Assembly: GCA_016186095.1 (NCBI GenBank)
Contig: JACPMG010000003.1
Coordinates: forward strand, 1 to 52,199
Reading direction: 5' to 3'
Length of the DNA stretch: 52,199 nucleotides
Origin: Candidatus Sungiibacteriota bacterium
GTDB taxonomy: Bacteria; Patescibacteriota; Minisyncoccia; Sungbacterales; HO2-52-23
Positions within the stretch are counted from its first letter, which is position 1. Every line of letters begins with the position of its first letter. The notes under the pieces were generated by a model. It did no database searches. It was not told where the DNA came from and worked only from the letters and a program-made list of their open reading frames with translations. Positions 17,141 to 25,360 of this stretch are shown here, piece after piece. A program made the translations under genes and the position numbers.

Positions 17141-18341
17141 TGAACACAACGATAATTTTAATGGTCTGGGCATAGCGCCCGGACTGCTGGAGATACTTGA
17201 AAAACTTCGCTACACCATACCAACCCCCATACAGCGCCAAGCCATTCCCCTGGCGATTGAAGGAAAGGACGTAGTGGGCATTGCCGAGACCGGCACCGGA
17301 AAAACTCTTGCTTTCGGCATCCCTATGATTCAGTTGCTCGCGCGAAAAAAAGGCCAGGGCTTGGCGCTTCTCCCTACGCGTGAGTTAGCACTGCAGGTAG
17401 AACAGGAGCTGCATAAAGTCGGCCGGCCCTTGGGTTTGAAAACCGCTGTCTTAATCGGCGGGATGTCTATGAGACCGCAAATTGCGGCTATCGCGAGGAT
17501 TCCTCACGTGATTATTGCCACTCCCGGGCGTCTGATTGACCACCTTCAGCAAAAGACTTTGCGCTTGGATAAGGTGAGCATTTTGGTGCTTGATGAGGCC
17601 GACCGGATGTTGGACATGGGTTTTCAGCCGCAGATCAGAAAGATACTTCAGGCCGTTCCCAAAGACAGGCAAACCATGCTTTTTTCCGCGACCATTCCTC
17701 CGGAGATTATGAAAATCGCCGGTGAGCATATGAAGCTACCCGTGCATGTGGAAGTGGCGCCCTCCGGAACGGCTCCGGAAACCGTAACGCACGAAATTTT
17801 CATTGTGGAGAAGGCCTCCAAACCCCGGCTGCTTATGGCGTTGCTAAAAGAGCATCGCGGATCAACCCTGGTTTTCACGAGGACTAAATTTGGCGCGAAG
17901 CGCGTTACCAAAGCTCTGCGCGCTTTGGGGGAGAGCGCTGCAGAAATTCATTCCAACCGCTCGCTTGCCCAGCGACGAGAGGCCTTGGAAGGATTTCGTT
18001 CCGGACGCTTCCGGGTTTTAGTGGCCACTGATATTGCCTCGCGCGGAATTGACGTGAAGGGGATTGAAACGGTCATAAATTATGATCTGCCATCGCAGGC
18101 AGAGGATTACGTGCATCGCATTGGCCGGACCGGACGCGCGGGAATGACCGGACACGCTATTTCTTTTGCCGAGCCCTCACAGCGCAATGAAGTCAGGGCC
18201 ATTGAGCGCCTGATGCGCAAAGCCGTTCCCGTATCTTTGCCTCCGGCAGGGTTTTCGCAAGAGGCGGGCGAGCGCGCCGAGTTTAACGCGCCTCGCCCGG
18301 TGCGCTATCCGGGCATGAACCGCCGCCGCCGACGGTGGTGA
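17133..18341 (+). CDS. DEAD-box RNA helicase
   Basis: PTPIQ, AETGTGKT, PTRELA, TPGRL, DEAD, SAT, HRIGRTGRAG. Confidence 0.96.
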   Translation: MTNEHNDNFNGLGIAPGLLEILEKLRYTIPTPIQRQAIPLAIEGKDVVGIAETGTGKTLAFGIPMIQLLARKKGQGLALLPTRELALQVEQELHKVGRPLGLKTAVLIGGMSMRPQIAAIARIPHVIIATPGRLIDHLQQKTLRLDKVSILVLDEADRMLDMGFQPQIRKILQAVPKDRQTMLFSATIPPEIMKIAGEHMKLPVHVEVAPSGTAPETVTHEIFIVEKASKPRLLMALLKEHRGSTLVFTRTKFGAKRVTKALRALGESAAEIHSNRSLAQRREALEGFRSGRFRVLVATDIASRGIDVKGIETVINYDLPSQAEDYVHRIGRTGRAGMTGHAISFAEPSQRNEVRAIERLMRKAVPVSLPPAGFSQEAGERAEFNAPRPVRYPGMNRRRRRW

Positions 18342-18384
18342 AAAACTTCTATCTTCGCTATTGATCGTAGGTTCGCGCTTCCAA

Positions 18385-18420
18385 TAACATTCTAACATTC
18401 TCAAGAATGTGAGAATGTTA
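18385..18420. repeat. Intergenic palindrome with internal tandem unit
   Basis: taacattctaacattc-tcaa-gaatgtgagaatgtta (15/16 paired). Confidence 0.65.
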
Positions 18421-18457
18421 AAAACTTCGGCCGGTAGAGAATGAGTGACTTATTACT

Positions 18458-18904
18458 ATGGTGGAATATAAAAAGAGTTCGGCAGTGTTAGTATTTAATG
18501 ATAAGGGGGAGTTGGCTTTGCAGTTGCGCGCTGCCAATGACGATTCATTTCCATCTCATTGGGATTTTTCCGCAGGAGGCGGAATTGATGTTGGAGAAGA
18601 TCCTAAAGATTCTGCAAAAAGGGAACTGCGGGAAGAACTTGGAGTTGACGCAACAGTAGAATTTATAGCTGAAGAGCATTATAAGTATCCGGCCTGGAAA
18701 CCATCTGTTTCAAGAGAAGTAGATCTTTTTATATACAAAGCGCATCACAACGGGCCGTTTAATCTGGATCCGGCAGAAATCGCTAAAGTTCAATTTCTCA
18801 AACTCACAATAATTAAAGAAATGATTGAATCGGACGCTAAATTTCATCCGGAATTTGTCTTGTCATGGAATAAGGGGATTATTTCTCGTGCCGCAAATAA
18901 TTAG
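18458..18904 (+). CDS. NUDIX hydrolase (IDI-like)
   Basis: WDFSAGGGIDVGEDPKDSAKRELREELGV Nudix box. Confidence 0.9.
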   Translation: MVEYKKSSAVLVFNDKGELALQLRAANDDSFPSHWDFSAGGGIDVGEDPKDSAKRELREELGVDATVEFIAEEHYKYPAWKPSVSREVDLFIYKAHHNGPFNLDPAEIAKVQFLKLTIIKEMIESDAKFHPEFVLSWNKGIISRAANN

Positions 18905-18921
18905 CCCTACAGATGTTGATG

Positions 18922-18959
18922 AATTGAAAAACCGCCTAAGATCAGGCAGTTTTTCAATT
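18922..18959. terminator. Bidirectional terminator between converging genes
   Basis: aattgaaaaaccgcct/aggcagtttttcaatt. Confidence 0.65.
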
Positions 18960-18973
18960 ATCTCCGCATATTT

Positions 18974-19792
18974 TTAACCCTCTCCTTCGCCATCGGGTAT
19001 GAAGGCCTCAATACGGAAAGTCGGAGTTTTGCCCAAGAATGAAGTTCCGCTTGCGTCAACGTACGTTGCGGTAACTATTCCTGACCCTTCGCCGTATTCT
19101 GCAATGGCCTCGTCAAGTTTGGCAATAAATACTCCGGTCGGAGTAATACTTCCAACTTGTCCGATCAGAGTCCACTTAACATTTTCTTTGATAATCTGCG
19201 TGGATCCATCGGACATAACGAGTTTGGCCGTAAAGGTTACTTTGTCCCCCTCTTTTAATCCTTCAAGAGTTCGATTTTGAGTAACGATAAGATTTTTTGC
19301 GAAGATTTTCTGGGTTTTTGTTTCAGGCGATGAAGTCGGTTTGGGAGTTGGCGTAGTTAGCGTTGGAGTTTTTGGCTGCGGCCGAGTCTGACTCGGCTGC
19401 GGCTCGGATTTTTTCGGGACGACTGTGTCGTATACGACCGGGAAGGTAAATTTAGAAGAGTCGGGTAGTTTTGCGGATTTGACAGGATCAACTAAGTAGT
19501 CCTCGCCGCAGGAATTTTTCAAACTCAACTCCAGTAGTTGTACCGGATCCGTTCCAAGCGGCTGTATCTTCCAGGTAATCGTCTCATCGGCTTTGACCGC
19601 TTGCTTGGCGCCATTGAGGATTTTGGCATTTTTCACGTCAAGAGTAATCGTCCCCGGCTGGCCCAGGGATTTGGTCTGAATTTCAAAATAGCCGTTGGGA
19701 GCGACGGTAAAGGGTTTTAAGGAAGGAGTGCCAAATTTTCCTCCAGCCATCGGTATTAGTGGTATTTTTAGCCCGTTGCTGGATGGTTGCAT
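18974..19792 (-). CDS. Extracellular-type protein, Pro/Thr linker plus Ig-like C-terminal domain; possibly the 3' part of a frameshifted gene
   Basis: PKTPTLTTPTPKPTSSP linker; VTFTAKLVMSDGS...VKWTL...GSITPTGVF; no signal peptide of its own. Confidence 0.65.
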   Translation of the reverse strand: MQPSSNGLKIPLIPMAGGKFGTPSLKPFTVAPNGYFEIQTKSLGQPGTITLDVKNAKILNGAKQAVKADETITWKIQPLGTDPVQLLELSLKNSCGEDYLVDPVKSAKLPDSSKFTFPVVYDTVVPKKSEPQPSQTRPQPKTPTLTTPTPKPTSSPETKTQKIFAKNLIVTQNRTLEGLKEGDKVTFTAKLVMSDGSTQIIKENVKWTLIGQVGSITPTGVFIAKLDEAIAEYGEGSGIVTATYVDASGTSFLGKTPTFRIEAFIPDGEGEG

Positions 19793-20300
19793 CCCGCATC
19801 CGTACTTTGATCCAATAATTAGGGGAGGATGGACTCCAAGTAAACGCCCCGTCTCCGGTTAAATAATTGGTTCGGCCAACTTCTTTGGGATACCAGTCGA
19901 TAATATCTTCGTTGAGATCGGCAGGGAAAGGGACGTAGATTCTTACGAAATTTACGTCGTCAAGGTTCGAGTTTAAGGATATGGTAACTATGTTATCGGG
20001 ACCGGCAGTGGAAATTTCCGGAGTAACGTTGAGCACCCCGTAGGGCGAGATTAAGTCTATGCCCGCGGGTTTGGTCGGAACCGGGGGAGTGCAGTTGGCT
20101 TGGATCGGACCGGAAGGTTTTTCCGGTAAAGTCCCCGTACGCGTGAAAAAGGACTTAAATTTGGAAAAAAATGAGCCGAATGTCGCGGCCAATGATTTCT
20201 CCCCAAACCATCCAGCCTGGGCATGGTCAGGCGCTATTACCAAAAGTGAGACCAGCACCACTGGCACAAAAAGAGATAACAAAAAGGATTTTTTCATCAT
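19683..20300 (-). CDS. Secreted protein, possibly the 5' part of a frameshifted gene
   Basis: Signal peptide MMKKSFLLSLFVPVVLVSLLVIAPDHAQA; overlaps the downstream ORF by 110 nt. Confidence 0.65.
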   Translation of the reverse strand: MMKKSFLLSLFVPVVLVSLLVIAPDHAQAGWFGEKSLAATFGSFFSKFKSFFTRTGTLPEKPSGPIQANCTPPVPTKPAGIDLISPYGVLNVTPEISTAGPDNIVTISLNSNLDDVNFVRIYVPFPADLNEDIIDWYPKEVGRTNYLTGDGAFTWSPSSPNYWIKVRMRDATIQQRAKNTTNTDGWRKIWHSFLKTLYRRSQRLF

Positions 20301-20367
20301 ATAATTTTGATTAAAGGTTAGACTATAGTTAATATATAATAGAGTAGGGGAGTTTTCCACTTTCATC

Positions 20368-20376
20368 TGTGGATAA
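20368..20376 (-). promoter_or_regulatory. Consensus DnaA box in a divergent intergenic region
   Basis: tgtggataa is the reverse complement of TTATCCACA. Confidence 0.4.
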
Positions 20377-20463
20377 AGACTTTGCTTCGCCATTCCTGTA
20401 TGATACGGTGAAGCCGCTTCTAACGGGGTTGCCTACCCGAAGGCGGTCTGATATACTTAAACT

Positions 20464-20868
20464 ATGAGATTGACGTTGGCTTTAATCATCTTGTCGGTTT
20501 TGCTGGGTATGGGCATATTCGGATTTGCCGGAATATCGTGCGAGGCGGGGGCTGGCGCGCATTGTTGCCTGGCGGAAATTATCAATCTGAGTATTTGTCC
20601 CAGTGAGAACCCGCTGGCGGTCATAGATTTTCATTTTGGCGCTTTGCAGAGTTTTTCCACGGCTACGATAGACGCAGGAGTGATTGCGGCCTTTTTAGTT
20701 CTTGCCGTTTTTACGCTGGTTTTCTCTGCGGCTTTATTTTCCATGACTCCAGATTTACATATTATCACCCGCGGTTTTTGGGAAACTTTGCCGAGAATCT
20801 CGGCGTCAGCACGGGTAGAGAGTCTTTCTTGGCTAGCGCTTCACGAGAATAGTCCGGCTATTTTTTAG
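20464..20868 (+). CDS. Hypothetical membrane protein with Cys/His cluster, first gene of the metal cluster
   Basis: N-terminal hydrophobic helix, CEAGAGAHCC...CP, second TM, C-terminal WLALHENSP. TTGCCT-17-TATACT ends 6 nt before the ATG. Confidence 0.7.
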   Translation: MRLTLALIILSVLLGMGIFGFAGISCEAGAGAHCCLAEIINLSICPSENPLAVIDFHFGALQSFSTATIDAGVIAAFLVLAVFTLVFSAALFSMTPDLHIITRGFWETLPRISASARVESLSWLALHENSPAIF

Positions 20869-20959
20869 ACGCCGAGGCAAAATCGTTCGTCGGCTGATTT
20901 TGTTCTCAAGCGTCTTATCTAAACCCAAGGCGGGTTTTTATTTTGTTATAATAAAACAT

Positions 20960-21457
20960 ATGGACAAGAATATTATTATAGGAATTCTCGCGATCATAGT
21001 CATTATCGGAGGGCTAGTGTGGTTCGGGCGCCCCTCTTCAAATAATCAGGCCGCCGGTTTGGCATTGAATTCCAACGGGGTTCTTAGGGCGGAAGAAACG
21101 GATTTTGACTTTGGTTCAATTTCCATGGCGGCCGGTAATGTAAGACACGCTTTCAGAATAAAAAATGTAGGTTCGGAGGCGGTGACTATAGGCAAGATGT
21201 ATACCTCCTGTATGTGCACCACGGCATATCTTGCCGCAGGCGATAAAAAGTTCGGACCTTACGGCATGCCCGGACACGGGTTTATTCCAAAAATTAATGA
21301 AACCGTAAATCCTGGCGAGGAAGCGGAAGTGGAGATCGTATTTGATCCGGCGGCACACGGCCCGGCAGGAGTGGGGGAGATACAAAGGGTAGTGACCATA
21401 GAAAATAATGGGCGTGAACGATTGGAGCTCCAATTCTCCGCTATGGTGACGCCTTAA
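20960..21457 (+). CDS. Membrane-anchored DUF1573-like (Ig-fold) protein
   Basis: FDFGSI, FRIKNVG, TSCMCT, PGEEAEVEIVFDPAAH. Confidence 0.8.
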   Translation: MDKNIIIGILAIIVIIGGLVWFGRPSSNNQAAGLALNSNGVLRAEETDFDFGSISMAAGNVRHAFRIKNVGSEAVTIGKMYTSCMCTTAYLAAGDKKFGPYGMPGHGFIPKINETVNPGEEAEVEIVFDPAAHGPAGVGEIQRVVTIENNGRERLELQFSAMVTP

Positions 21458-21461
21458 TTTA

Positions 21462-22244
21462 ATGAACAAGAAACTTATAATTTTAGTTTCTCTGGGCGTC
21501 CTGCTTTTTGCGGCGGTATTCTTCTTCCAATACGGGAACATCGGCACGACCGCTCTTTGGAATCTATCAAATGGCGGAAAGTGGCTTCTGCCGCTTGTGG
21601 TGGTGTCTTCCCTTATAGACAGCATCAACCCCTGCGCCTTTTCAGTTCTGCTTCTTACCATCGCTTTCCTTCTTTCCATCGGCAAGATGCGCTCGAGCAT
21701 CCTAAGAATCGGCGGGTCCTATATCCTCGGTATATTCGTCATCTACATTCTTATCGGTCTTGGCATACTGCAGACCTTGCATCTTTTTGACACGCCGCAT
21801 TTTATGGCCAAAGTCGGCGCATCGCTTCTTATAGCGCTCGGGGCGATAAATCTGATAAATGAATTTTTTCCAGCGTTTCCGATTAAATTAAGAATCCCGC
21901 AAGCGGCTCATCGCAAAATGGCCGAACTTATGGAAAAAAGCTCTATGCCCACGGCTTTTCTTCTGGGCGCGCTCGTAGGGCTTTGTGAGTTTCCCTGTAC
22001 CGGCGGGCCGTACCTGATGGTTTTGGGGCTTCTGCATGATCAGGCGACATATCTTAAGGGTCTTGGATATCTGCTTCTTTACAACGCCGTATTCATCCTG
22101 CCGCTGGTCGTAATGCTTCTTATCGCGAGCGAAGAAACACTTCTTGGGAAAGTGCAGGAATGGCGGAAAAAAGAAACAGGAAACATGCGGCTTTGGGGCG
22201 GAATTGCCATGGTCATTCTGGGAGTCATCATATTTCTTCTATAG
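21462..22244 (+). CDS. CcdA/DsbD-type transmembrane electron transporter
   Basis: DSINPCAF and CEFPCTGGPY paired-cysteine motifs in a multi-TM protein. Confidence 0.88.
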   Translation: MNKKLIILVSLGVLLFAAVFFFQYGNIGTTALWNLSNGGKWLLPLVVVSSLIDSINPCAFSVLLLTIAFLLSIGKMRSSILRIGGSYILGIFVIYILIGLGILQTLHLFDTPHFMAKVGASLLIALGAINLINEFFPAFPIKLRIPQAAHRKMAELMEKSSMPTAFLLGALVGLCEFPCTGGPYLMVLGLLHDQATYLKGLGYLLLYNAVFILPLVVMLLIASEETLLGKVQEWRKKETGNMRLWGGIAMVILGVIIFLL

Positions 22245-22247
22245 ATT

Positions 22248-22700
22248 ATGACTATCTTTATAGTTGTAACATCCATAATTGTTATCACGATATCGGCATG
22301 GGTAGTGAATAAATTTCTGCCTTGGGCGGTATGCCCTATTTGCGCGGGCGTGGCAGGCACCTGGCTTTGGATTTTATTCGGGATTTATACGGGCTGGCTG
22401 GAGGCCGAGGGCTGGAAGCTGGCAGCCGCGATAGCTATGGGTGGATCGGTCGTTGGGATGGCATATCAGGCGGAAAAATTTCTGCGCCCTTTTCGCTCAC
22501 GGCTTCTTTGGAAGACAATCTTTATTTCCACGGGGTTTGCGGCGGTCTATAGTTTGATTTTATTTTGGCGGGCGGGATTTATTATAGCGGTCGTGCTTCT
22601 GACGATCTTCACTCTTAAATTTTTGGCATGGCCGCGAGCCCGCGCAGTAAAAAGTAAAAAAGTCGAGGAACTCGTAGGCAAAATGGAGGATTGCTGTTGA
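22248..22700 (+). CDS. Membrane protein with CxxC and terminal CC
   Basis: VCPICAGV, several TM helices, ends MEDCC. Confidence 0.75.
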   Translation: MTIFIVVTSIIVITISAWVVNKFLPWAVCPICAGVAGTWLWILFGIYTGWLEAEGWKLAAAIAMGGSVVGMAYQAEKFLRPFRSRLLWKTIFISTGFAAVYSLILFWRAGFIIAVVLLTIFTLKFLAWPRARAVKSKKVEELVGKMEDCC

Positions 22701-22723
22701 AGTTGGAAATAATCTTAAAGATT

Positions 22724-23098
22724 ATGAAAAAGAGCACCCTCATAATTATTGTTATCATCGGAGCGGCACTTGTATCTGTCGGCTATGTCGTCTTTTCCGC
22801 AAGCAAGGGCGAGTCGGCCAGTATGCTTGACGGGTTCGCGCAATGTATCCGTGAAAAAGGAATAATCATGTACGGCGCGGATTGGTGCCCGCATTGCCAG
22901 AACGAGAAGCGATCATTCGGCAACTCGTTCCGTCTGGTGCCTTATGTGGAGTGTCCGCAGGATCCGAAGCGGTGTCTGGCCGCCGGCATTTCCGGTTATC
23001 CGACCTGGATTTTTCCTGACGGGAAAAAACTTGAGGGCGAGCAGGGGACTGAAAAACTTTCACAGGAAAGCGGCTGTCCCCTCGGAATCAAGGATTAA
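22724..23098 (+). CDS. Membrane-anchored thioredoxin/glutaredoxin-like protein
   Basis: MYGADWCPHC, YVEC, GYPTW. Confidence 0.88.
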   Translation: MKKSTLIIIVIIGAALVSVGYVVFSASKGESASMLDGFAQCIREKGIIMYGADWCPHCQNEKRSFGNSFRLVPYVECPQDPKRCLAAGISGYPTWIFPDGKKLEGEQGTEKLSQESGCPLGIKD

Positions 23099-23119
23099 AA
23101 ATTTAATCAAAAACTAAAT

Positions 23120-24052
23120 ATGGAAGAGAAAAATATAAAAGATCATATACTTCCGGCAAGCATCCTGATTGCTGCCGTCGTTATTGCCGGTGCCTGGGTA
23201 TATACCGCGAGATTAAAGGAAGCTCCGACGCTCCGGCTGCAGAGTGCGTCGGAGATCGGAGTCCCGACTTCGGAGGACGTCGGGAAAAAAGTTCTACCCT
23301 CTCAAGGAGTAGTCTTGCCTATCCGTTGGGGAGATCTTGGCGTCAAAATGGTCAGCGTAGGCCTGATCGATAAAGAGAGATTTGGAACTCTTTATGCGGA
23401 GCGCGGAGGTTTGAGCGCGGAAGAAAGAAAATTTCTTGAGCAGGCCGATAATGGTCAGATAAAGATTACTCCGCATAATTCCGGGATCTGGTTAAATATT
23501 TTTTGGGCCTTGGGATTGGGTACGAAAAATGATATTCTAGATGCAGGACCTATGGTGAGGTATGGCGGCGCGGGCTCGCCCGCCGAAGCCTTGGCGAAGG
23601 CGGGAAATTTTGCTTCAACCGGCGGATGGACTTTATCCAAAGGGGACGCCATGGAGCATTATAGTCGTCATCCTTTGATAGCATTGACGCCGGAGGAGCA
23701 GGAGCTGGTTGAACGCGTGAGTAAAAATATTTATCGTCCCTGCTGTAACAATCCGACCTATTTTCCCGACTGCAATCACGGCATGGCCATGCTCGGCCTA
23801 CTCGAACTTATGGCCTCGCAGGGTGTAAATGAAGAAGAAATGTATAAAGCCGCTTTGCAGGTTAACGCTTACTGGTTCCCGGATACCTATTTGACCATCG
23901 CCCAGTATTTGTCGTCCCAGGGAGTCAGCTGGGAAGAAGTAAATCCCAAAGAAATTTTGGGAGCAAACTATTCCAGCGGCTCCGGGTATCGCAAGATTCT
24001 TGATCAAGTCACCGTACCCGAAAGAAGAGGCGGCGGAAGCTGCGGAGTTTAG
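23120..24052 (+). CDS. Membrane-anchored Cys/His-motif protein with two palindromic inserts
   Basis: N-terminal TM; YRPCCNN and PDCNHGMA; ends GGSCGV. Confidence 0.8.
   Translation: MEEKNIKDHILPASILIAAVVIAGAWVYTARLKEAPTLRLQSASEIGVPTSEDVGKKVLPSQGVVLPIRWGDLGVKMVSVGLIDKERFGTLYAERGGLSAEERKFLEQADNGQIKITPHNSGIWLNIFWALGLGTKNDILDAGPMVRYGGAGSPAEALAKAGNFASTGGWTLSKGDAMEHYSRHPLIALTPEEQELVERVSKNIYRPCCNNPTYFPDCNHGMAMLGLLELMASQGVNEEEMYKAALQVNAYWFPDTYLTIAQYLSSQGVSWEEVNPKEILGANYSSGSGYRKILDQVTVPERRGGGSCGV
23222..23285. repeat. CCGAC/GTCGG double-hairpin element, in-frame
   Basis: ctccgacgc...gcgtcggag followed by tcccgac...cgtcggga. Confidence 0.8.
23579..23604. repeat. 26-nt palindromic element, in-frame (PAEALAKAG)
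   Basis: Identical to 9523-9548. Confidence 0.9.
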
Positions 24053-24094
24053 GATTATTAAAGGTCGAAGATTATAGATCCTTAAAAAATTATT

Positions 24095-24295
24095 GTGAAT
24101 CAAAATTTAGGAAAATTGTACAGGATTTTACGATTCGCGCTCGCGTTTTGGTGGCTCGGCCCGTGGGCGCCTCAATTTGGTGCCGCATGGGCAAACTGGC
24201 TTATTGTCTTTGTCGGTTGGGTTGCGCTTGCCGAAAGTTTACTCGGCTGGTGCGGACTTCACCGCCTGTTTAAAATAGACAATAGAAACCAGTAG
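24095..24295 (+). CDS. DUF2892/YgaP-like small membrane protein
   Basis: NLGKLYRILR...GWCGLHRLFKI pattern. Confidence 0.75.
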   Translation: MNQNLGKLYRILRFALAFWWLGPWAPQFGAAWANWLIVFVGWVALAESLLGWCGLHRLFKIDNRNQ

Positions 24296-24353
24296 TTTTA
24301 GGGAAGAATTTAAACAAAGGTCGAAAATTATTAATCTTAAATTAGATAAAACT

Positions 24354-24626
24354 ATGGAGCTTAATAAAAACAAATTTTCGCTGGCGGCAGCGGCAACCAT
24401 GGGCGTTGTTTATGTAGTTTGCGCCGTTTTTGTCTGGCTTTGGCCGGATTTCGCGCTTAAACTCTTCGGCTGGCTGGTGCATTTGGTTAATGTGGACAAA
24501 TTTGCCGGTGATGTTGCCATTACGGCGACCGGGTTTGTTGTTGGGTTGGTCCAGATATTGGTTTACGCTTACGTCGGCGCCTATGTCTTTGCCTGGCTGC
24601 ACAATCGGTTTATGAAAACCGTTTAA
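24354..24626 (+). CDS. DUF5676-like two-TM protein
   Basis: YVVCAVFV, WLVH, FAWLHN. Confidence 0.75.
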   Translation: MELNKNKFSLAAAATMGVVYVVCAVFVWLWPDFALKLFGWLVHLVNVDKFAGDVAITATGFVVGLVQILVYAYVGAYVFAWLHNRFMKTV

Positions 24627-24654
24627 TAAGGGGTTTAGGTTTTTAAATATATTT

Positions 24655-25350
24655 ATGCATTACGCTTGGCTCATCTGGAGTCTTATGCTTTTGGTTGTTT
24701 GGGCCGCGGTCTATCTTTCTTTAGAAAGTAAAGAAAGTAGAAAGGAGATGCTGGTGGTAAGCCTGTGGACTTCTCTGTTCGGGCTTACAGAGCCCTTATT
24801 CGTGCCGGAATACTGGAGTCCGCCGTCGCTTTTTGATTTGGCGCTAAAGACCGGCTTTGATTTGGAGAGCCTGCTTTTCATTTTTGGCGTTGGCGGTCTT
24901 GCGGTAGTCATCTATGAGAGAATCTTTCGGGTTAAGCATGTAAAAATCAGCGCGGAAGAAAAACACCGGCCGCGTCACAAATATCACCTGCTGGCCATTC
25001 TTTCAGCGCCGATGATCGGTATCCTGTTACTGGTATTTACGGACTTTAACCCTATTTATTCTGTATTCATCGCGCTAATCGGCGGCGGATTGTTTACTTG
25101 GTATTGCCGTCCCGATCTTAAAAAGAAGATGTTAGCAAGCGCATTTATATTTTTGGTACTATATTTTGTTTACTTTCTGACTCTCGTGTTTATGTATCCC
25201 GGATATGTCCAACAAGTCTGGAATCTCTCGGCAATATCAGGAGTTCTTATTTTAGGAATTCCCCTGGAAGAACTTATGTTTGCTTTCGGGATAGGATTTT
25301 TGTGGTCGAGCGCGTATGAGCATATTGGCTGGCGAAAACTCAATTATTAA
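24655..25350 (+). CDS. Lycopene-cyclase-domain-like membrane protein
   Basis: Multi-TM; PEYWSP, RPDL, GIPLEELMF. Confidence 0.7.
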   Translation: MHYAWLIWSLMLLVVWAAVYLSLESKESRKEMLVVSLWTSLFGLTEPLFVPEYWSPPSLFDLALKTGFDLESLLFIFGVGGLAVVIYERIFRVKHVKISAEEKHRPRHKYHLLAILSAPMIGILLLVFTDFNPIYSVFIALIGGGLFTWYCRPDLKKKMLASAFIFLVLYFVYFLTLVFMYPGYVQQVWNLSAISGVLILGIPLEELMFAFGIGFLWSSAYEHIGWRKLNY

Positions 25351-25360
25351 AACCTATCGT

